64,000 nt of DNA from Fibrobacteria bacterium (GTDB lineage: Bacteria > Fibrobacterota > Fibrobacteria > UBA11236), in assembly GCA_043745805.1 (NCBI GenBank), contig JAYTSD010000043.1:64001-128000 (forward strand). Direction: 5' to 3'. Both the position numbers and the translations under genes were made by a program. Of this stretch, positions 59,749 through 64,000 are shown one piece after another. The notes under the pieces were generated by a model. It saw only the letters and a list, made by a program, of their open reading frames with translations. It made no database searches and had not been told where the DNA came from. Each line of letters starts with the position of its first letter. Position 1 is the stretch's first letter.

Positions 59749-60392
59749 TGCATAATTCTGAAGTAGAAGATCAATTAATAGGAATTTCGGAATGGAGAAA
59801 TCAACATTTCTTTGGGAAATACCGTGGTACCGTAGACGCCGTAGAAACGGGCAATGATCTCGGACTCATTTCTGTTAAAGTCCCAGATGTTTTTGGTGCC
59901 GATTTTATAGTGAAAAGAGTGCGGCCTTGTTCCCCTTTTGGAGGCAATAAACATGGCTTTGTCGCTATTCCAGAAGCGGGCGATGGAGTGTGGGTTGAAT
60001 TTGAAGCGGGAAAAACTTCCCTACCTATTTGGACAGGATTTTGGTGGGCGGATAATGAGATACCCGAACCTAAAGGTCCTTTGATACGCAGCTTTATTAC
60101 TACCAAGGGACATAAACTGCTTTTAAATGATGATGCCAATGAAGTGCAATTGCTCCATGCCAGTGGACCTGAAATCACCATGACGGATAGCGATATTACT
60201 ATTCAAATAGGGGATACCAGTATTAAATTGACTACTAGTGATTTAATCTTAAAAGTGGGCGCTTCATCTACTTCACCGCAAATCAAAATTACCGCCAGTG
60301 ACATTACCTTGCAAAGTAGTACAGTAGGTTCTATTAAGCTTACGTCAGGTGGCGTGGATATTGGTAATGGCGCTATGAAAGTAGGAGCCTAA
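59748..60392 (+). CDS. baseplate assembly protein V / gp5-like spike
   Basis: FFGKYRG.V, PEAGDGVWVEFEAG....PIWTG OB-fold; beta-helix-like repeats. Confidence 0.9.
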   Translation: MHNSEVEDQLIGISEWRNQHFFGKYRGTVDAVETGNDLGLISVKVPDVFGADFIVKRVRPCSPFGGNKHGFVAIPEAGDGVWVEFEAGKTSLPIWTGFWWADNEIPEPKGPLIRSFITTKGHKLLLNDDANEVQLLHASGPEITMTDSDITIQIGDTSIKLTTSDLILKVGASSTSPQIKITASDITLQSSTVGSIKLTSGGVDIGNGAMKVGA

Positions 60393-60728
60393 GTGCCCGG
60401 CTATATTTTAACCACGGCTAGTCAAGTAATGTGTACGCATGGAGGCAATGCGATATTAACGACTTCGAATACACAACTGCAAGTGGATAATGCACTGGCA
60501 TTATTAGAAACCGATGTGAATTCCATTGCCGGATGCCCTTTTACTTTACCCGGCCCAAAGCCATCGCCTTGTATTCGTATTGAATGGACCGCAGGTGCAA
60601 CCCAGTGTAAGAGCAATGGGACAAAGGTTTTAATTCAATCCAGTATGGGAAAATGTATTAGTGCCGAAGGGGCAACACAGGGTATAGCCATAGTGATTCA
60701 AACGCAAATGAAGGTGCAGGGGAATTGA
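60393..60728 (+). CDS. PAAR-like (DUF4280-type) spike tip
   Basis: CTHGG, IAGCPF, PSPC..I.W, conserved Cys pattern; follows the spike gene. Confidence 0.8.
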   Translation: MPGYILTTASQVMCTHGGNAILTTSNTQLQVDNALALLETDVNSIAGCPFTLPGPKPSPCIRIEWTAGATQCKSNGTKVLIQSSMGKCISAEGATQGIAIVIQTQMKVQGN

Positions 60729-60732
60729 TTTT

Positions 60733-61113
60733 ATGAAACTGCAAAATGGTAAACATTTAAAGTTTCCCTTCCATGTAGGCAATGACGGTCGCATGAGCAC
60801 CGTTAAAACCTTGGATGAACATGTACATGATGAGCTTATCCAACTGATTCTCACTAATCAGGGAGAGCGTCCTTTTCTAGTAGACTTTGGCGCGGGTGTG
60901 CGTCGTTTGGTTTTTGAAGCGGCTGATGGAATGACGGGTGCCGTAGCGAAAGCAACGATTACTCAAGCTATTAATCGCTGGCTAGGTCATCGTGCGGTTT
61001 TGGAATTTCTAAATGTGATTGTTGAAAATTCTACCATATCCGTTGATATACGCTATCATTTGGCCGGTACAGCTGATTCGCGCTCACTTCGTTTTCAACA
61101 TGCGGGAGCTTGA
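60733..61113 (+). CDS. GPW/gp25 baseplate protein (Afp9-like)
   Basis: FPF, LILTNQGER...DFGAG. Confidence 0.92.
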   Translation: MKLQNGKHLKFPFHVGNDGRMSTVKTLDEHVHDELIQLILTNQGERPFLVDFGAGVRRLVFEAADGMTGAVAKATITQAINRWLGHRAVLEFLNVIVENSTISVDIRYHLAGTADSRSLRFQHAGA

Positions 61114-61121
61114 TTTAGCAA

Positions 61122-63758
61122 ATGTTTAACGAATCCGTAATACCTTTAAGAGAAATGGCTTTGAGTGAGCCTTTGGCGGCACGTGCGCGATTGATGATCG
61201 AGGCCAGCTCATCGAATGCTCCGAATGGTATTAAGCTCATTCGCGTAATATCGGTGAATACGGTAAAGGATGAAGCATGGATAGAACTGCATTTTTTTAA
61301 TCTTAATTATTTATCCGCTATCGTTACAAAATATACAAATGATAAATCCTCGGCCCAAAAAATATTTCCTATTTCGGGTGGTTCAAGAATTCGTGCTGGA
61401 GGAGCTTTAGGGCAGGTTCAGGTGGATAGTTCACTACTTGTGGCATCCCCTTCGATTGCAATGCCTACTGCGACAAAACCCATATTGAAACTTCGCATTC
61501 ATCCTATTGGAGACTATTCAACGTATACCTTAGGGATTAGCGCGCTTCCGATTTCCGGATGGATATTCGATCCCTTATTTTCTGAGATTCGATTAAAGTT
61601 TCGTCCAGGTTGTTTCAATACCAATTGCGCACCCGAATGGGATATGGCCTTACCTCCTTTACCTGAGCCAACCATTGATTATTTAGCCAAGGATTATGGG
61701 TCTTTTCGTCAAACCATGATAACCGCCATGATGGAGCGCGTTCCGGAATGGCAACCCACAAGTGAAGCGGATCTCGATATGGTGCTCGCGGAACTTTTTA
61801 GTGTAGCTGCGGATGAACTTAGTGATTATCAAGATCGAGTGATGAATGAAGCCTATATTGCTTCTGCACGTAAACGTGTTTCCATTGCACGGCATGCACG
61901 CTTAATGGATTATCATATTCATCAAGGCAATCAAGCTTCTACATGGTTGGCCCTCGAAATTGAACATGATGGTATGGGACAAAAAATCTTTCAGCTTGTA
62001 CAAGGGCTCAAGGTATGGGCAGGCGAAAGTAATAGTGAGTCGGATAAAGAAGTAATTGATAGTTCCGTGGTTTTTATGTCGCGCCATGAAACCCAAACGG
62101 TACATCAGTATTTAAATAATATGGGGCTTTATACTTGGAGTGATACCATTACTTCGCTTAAGGCAGGATGCACTCGCGCAGATATAAAACTTTATGATAA
62201 ACTTTATTTGCATAGTCCTGATGCACCCATTGAAATCATCACCAAAGCTGCCGCCAAAGAAATACAAGATTTAATACGTCATGGAAATATTAAGCACTTT
62301 GTCATTGAGGAACATTTAAATCCCGAGACGGGATTGTTGGCCGGACGCGATCCTTCAAAAAGACAATTACTAAAACTGATTTCTGGAGAGGATACAAATC
62401 AATCCGCTTTGGCCATGGAAGATCCTATTACCGGTGAATGGTTTGTGCGCATACATTGGGAAAAAGCGGATGCCTTACATCGCGATTATTGTTTTAAAGT
62501 CCACTGTCCTTCGGGAAATTCCGGCACAGGTATCGGTGCAGTTAATAATATTTCTCTCTTTCATGGAAATTTGATTGAAATATTTCACGGCCGAGAAAAG
62601 ACTGTTCTTTTCAAGGATGAAAATGTTTTATTAGGCAATGATCCCAATAAATCTTATGAGTTTCATTATGAGCGAACACGCTGGGGAGCGCTTTGCCATA
62701 TACCGGATACTTTTTTGGCCTATCGTAATACAGATCCTGGCGGTGACGTAGCACCACTGTCAACAATTAACTTAACGGTTGAATTTCTCTCGGGGCCATC
62801 CGATCCATGGAATGAGGTTCCAAGCCTTATTCATAGTGACAATTCGGGTGAAGGTGGCGACCATTTTGTGGTAGAAACCGATGAAAATCATAAAAGCCTT
62901 ATTCGTTTTGGTAATAATAAAAATGGCATGGAATTGCCCGATGAGGCGACGGTTACCGTGACCTATCAATATGGCGATCCTCGTGAAGGCAATATTGGCG
63001 CGGATCGAATTATGTACTTCGATATTTCGACTGTGAAGATTGATCCTGCGACTCCAACATTTCTTTTGCATAGTTGTTGGAATCCATTCGATGTGGTTAA
63101 TGGACGTGATCGAGAGCCTTTAGCGGAAATTATTCGTCGCGTGCCCGAGGCTTATCGCCAAAGACAACTGCGCGCAGTGACGCTAAACGATTATATTGCT
63201 CGGGCCGAAGAAATTGAAGGCGTTTCTCGCGCAGTGGCAAAATATGCGTGGACAGGAAGCTGGCGTACCGTGCAAGTTACCATCGATCCAATAGGAACGA
63301 ATGAACTTTCGGAACCCCTGAGAAAGCAAATAGAGTCATATTTAAACGCGGTGCGTTTAATTGGTGAAGATCTCGAAGTGCGTCCGCCGAAATTTGTTCC
63401 CTTAGAAATTCAAGTCCATCTTTGCGCCAAGCCCGACGTTTGGATAGAAGATATTCGTTTTGTTTTGGAGCAAGAGTTTTCAGTAGGCTGGACGCCGGAT
63501 GGCCGCATGGGATTTTTTCATCCTGATTTATGGACATTTGGCCAATCTCTTCATGCCAGTCAAATTATGGGCCGCGCTTTTACTGTTCAGGGAGTAGAAC
63601 ATATTATTAGTGTTTCTATTAAACGTTGGAATTCCCCCTTTCCTCCTGTCGAATCGCTAACTCAGGTGGATTTCAATGAGATTATTCAAGTACAAAATGA
63701 TTCCGATCATATGGAATTAGGTACGATTACCTTTGCTATCAAAGGAGGTCGTCAATGA
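61122..63758 (+). CDS. baseplate J-like protein (Afp11-like)
   Basis: IDYLAKDYGSFRQ, LSDYQDRV.NEAY, RLMDY, RFGN, RAVTLNDY. Confidence 0.9.
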   Translation: MFNESVIPLREMALSEPLAARARLMIEASSSNAPNGIKLIRVISVNTVKDEAWIELHFFNLNYLSAIVTKYTNDKSSAQKIFPISGGSRIRAGGALGQVQVDSSLLVASPSIAMPTATKPILKLRIHPIGDYSTYTLGISALPISGWIFDPLFSEIRLKFRPGCFNTNCAPEWDMALPPLPEPTIDYLAKDYGSFRQTMITAMMERVPEWQPTSEADLDMVLAELFSVAADELSDYQDRVMNEAYIASARKRVSIARHARLMDYHIHQGNQASTWLALEIEHDGMGQKIFQLVQGLKVWAGESNSESDKEVIDSSVVFMSRHETQTVHQYLNNMGLYTWSDTITSLKAGCTRADIKLYDKLYLHSPDAPIEIITKAAAKEIQDLIRHGNIKHFVIEEHLNPETGLLAGRDPSKRQLLKLISGEDTNQSALAMEDPITGEWFVRIHWEKADALHRDYCFKVHCPSGNSGTGIGAVNNISLFHGNLIEIFHGREKTVLFKDENVLLGNDPNKSYEFHYERTRWGALCHIPDTFLAYRNTDPGGDVAPLSTINLTVEFLSGPSDPWNEVPSLIHSDNSGEGGDHFVVETDENHKSLIRFGNNKNGMELPDEATVTVTYQYGDPREGNIGADRIMYFDISTVKIDPATPTFLLHSCWNPFDVVNGRDREPLAEIIRRVPEAYRQRQLRAVTLNDYIARAEEIEGVSRAVAKYAWTGSWRTVQVTIDPIGTNELSEPLRKQIESYLNAVRLIGEDLEVRPPKFVPLEIQVHLCAKPDVWIEDIRFVLEQEFSVGWTPDGRMGFFHPDLWTFGQSLHASQIMGRAFTVQGVEHIISVSIKRWNSPFPPVESLTQVDFNEIIQVQNDSDHMELGTITFAIKGGRQ

Positions 63759-64000
63759 GCGAAGACTCTTGTGAAAATGGTTGCGTATTACCACTGTACT
63801 TTCCTCGCCGTCCAGGTGAGAATCCACCGACTCTGCATGCTAAGGATTGTCCCTGTTGCAGCCCCGAAAATCAAATCGGATCCGACATTAGCTCGGACAA
63901 TAGACCTGCATTATCGCATTTCAACTATCGAATTGGTTCTTATGGAACCATACGTGAATGGTTATTTCATCAAATAAATCAAACTCCTAATCTCAAGAAT
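63755..64000 (+). CDS. second baseplate J-like protein (Afp12-like), partial, runs off the window edge
   Basis: ATGA overlap with the previous stop, GGAGG SD; my translation MSEDSCENGC...CPCC...NRPALSHFNYRIGSYGTIRE resembles the CIS baseplate N-terminus; absent from the ORF track because there is no stop. Confidence 0.8.
   Translation, partial: MSEDSCENGCVLPLYFPRRPGENPPTLHAKDCPCCSPENQIGSDISSDNRPALSHFNYRIGSYGTIREWLFHQINQTPNLKN

Noticed and set aside
63771..63977. 68-aa ORF in the supplied track
   Set aside because: Out-of-frame shadow of the partial baseplate gene starting at 63755
49153..64000. Prophage or classical T6SS interpretation
   Set aside because: No head, terminase, integrase, lysis or TssJLM/ClpV genes in view; DUF4255 plus an Afp15-like ATPase point to eCIS

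Overview
Bacterial chromosomal window, moderately AT-rich. Fibrobacterota-like origin is an inference from T9SS-type C-terminal domains, a CTD-interrupted N-terminal module and sigma70/Shine-Dalgarno signals. 1-30 kb is mostly housekeeping: gltX, tRNA-Ser(GCT), PBP1A, nadC, coaX, a UDP-glucuronate decarboxylase, bioD-bioF-esterase-bioC, tRNA-Val(GAC), thrS-infC-rpmI-rplT, pheST, zapB-zapA-6S RNA-folD, ispA-dxs-TrmH-rhomboid and a DEDDh exonuclease. A small fic plus decayed beta-propeller islet lies beside tRNA-Ser. 31.8-44.6 kb is a visibly GC-richer block: a TonB-dependent receptor flanked by two paralogous secreted beta-helix-like proteins, an orphan, a PhoX-fold protein that seems to have lost its metal ligands, and a metallophosphoesterase. 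It looks like a surface phosphorus-scavenging system. 44.7-48.6 kb is an iron-uptake operon (beta-barrel, imelysin, di-haem protein) with a Fur-like palindrome. 49.1 kb to the window edge is an apparently intact extracellular contractile injection system (eCIS) locus: sheath, tube, DUF4255 cap, AAA+ ATPase, tube initiator, LysM, split spike, PAAR-like tip, gp25 and two baseplate-J genes. It is truncated by the window end. All family calls are by motif recognition; no searches were run.
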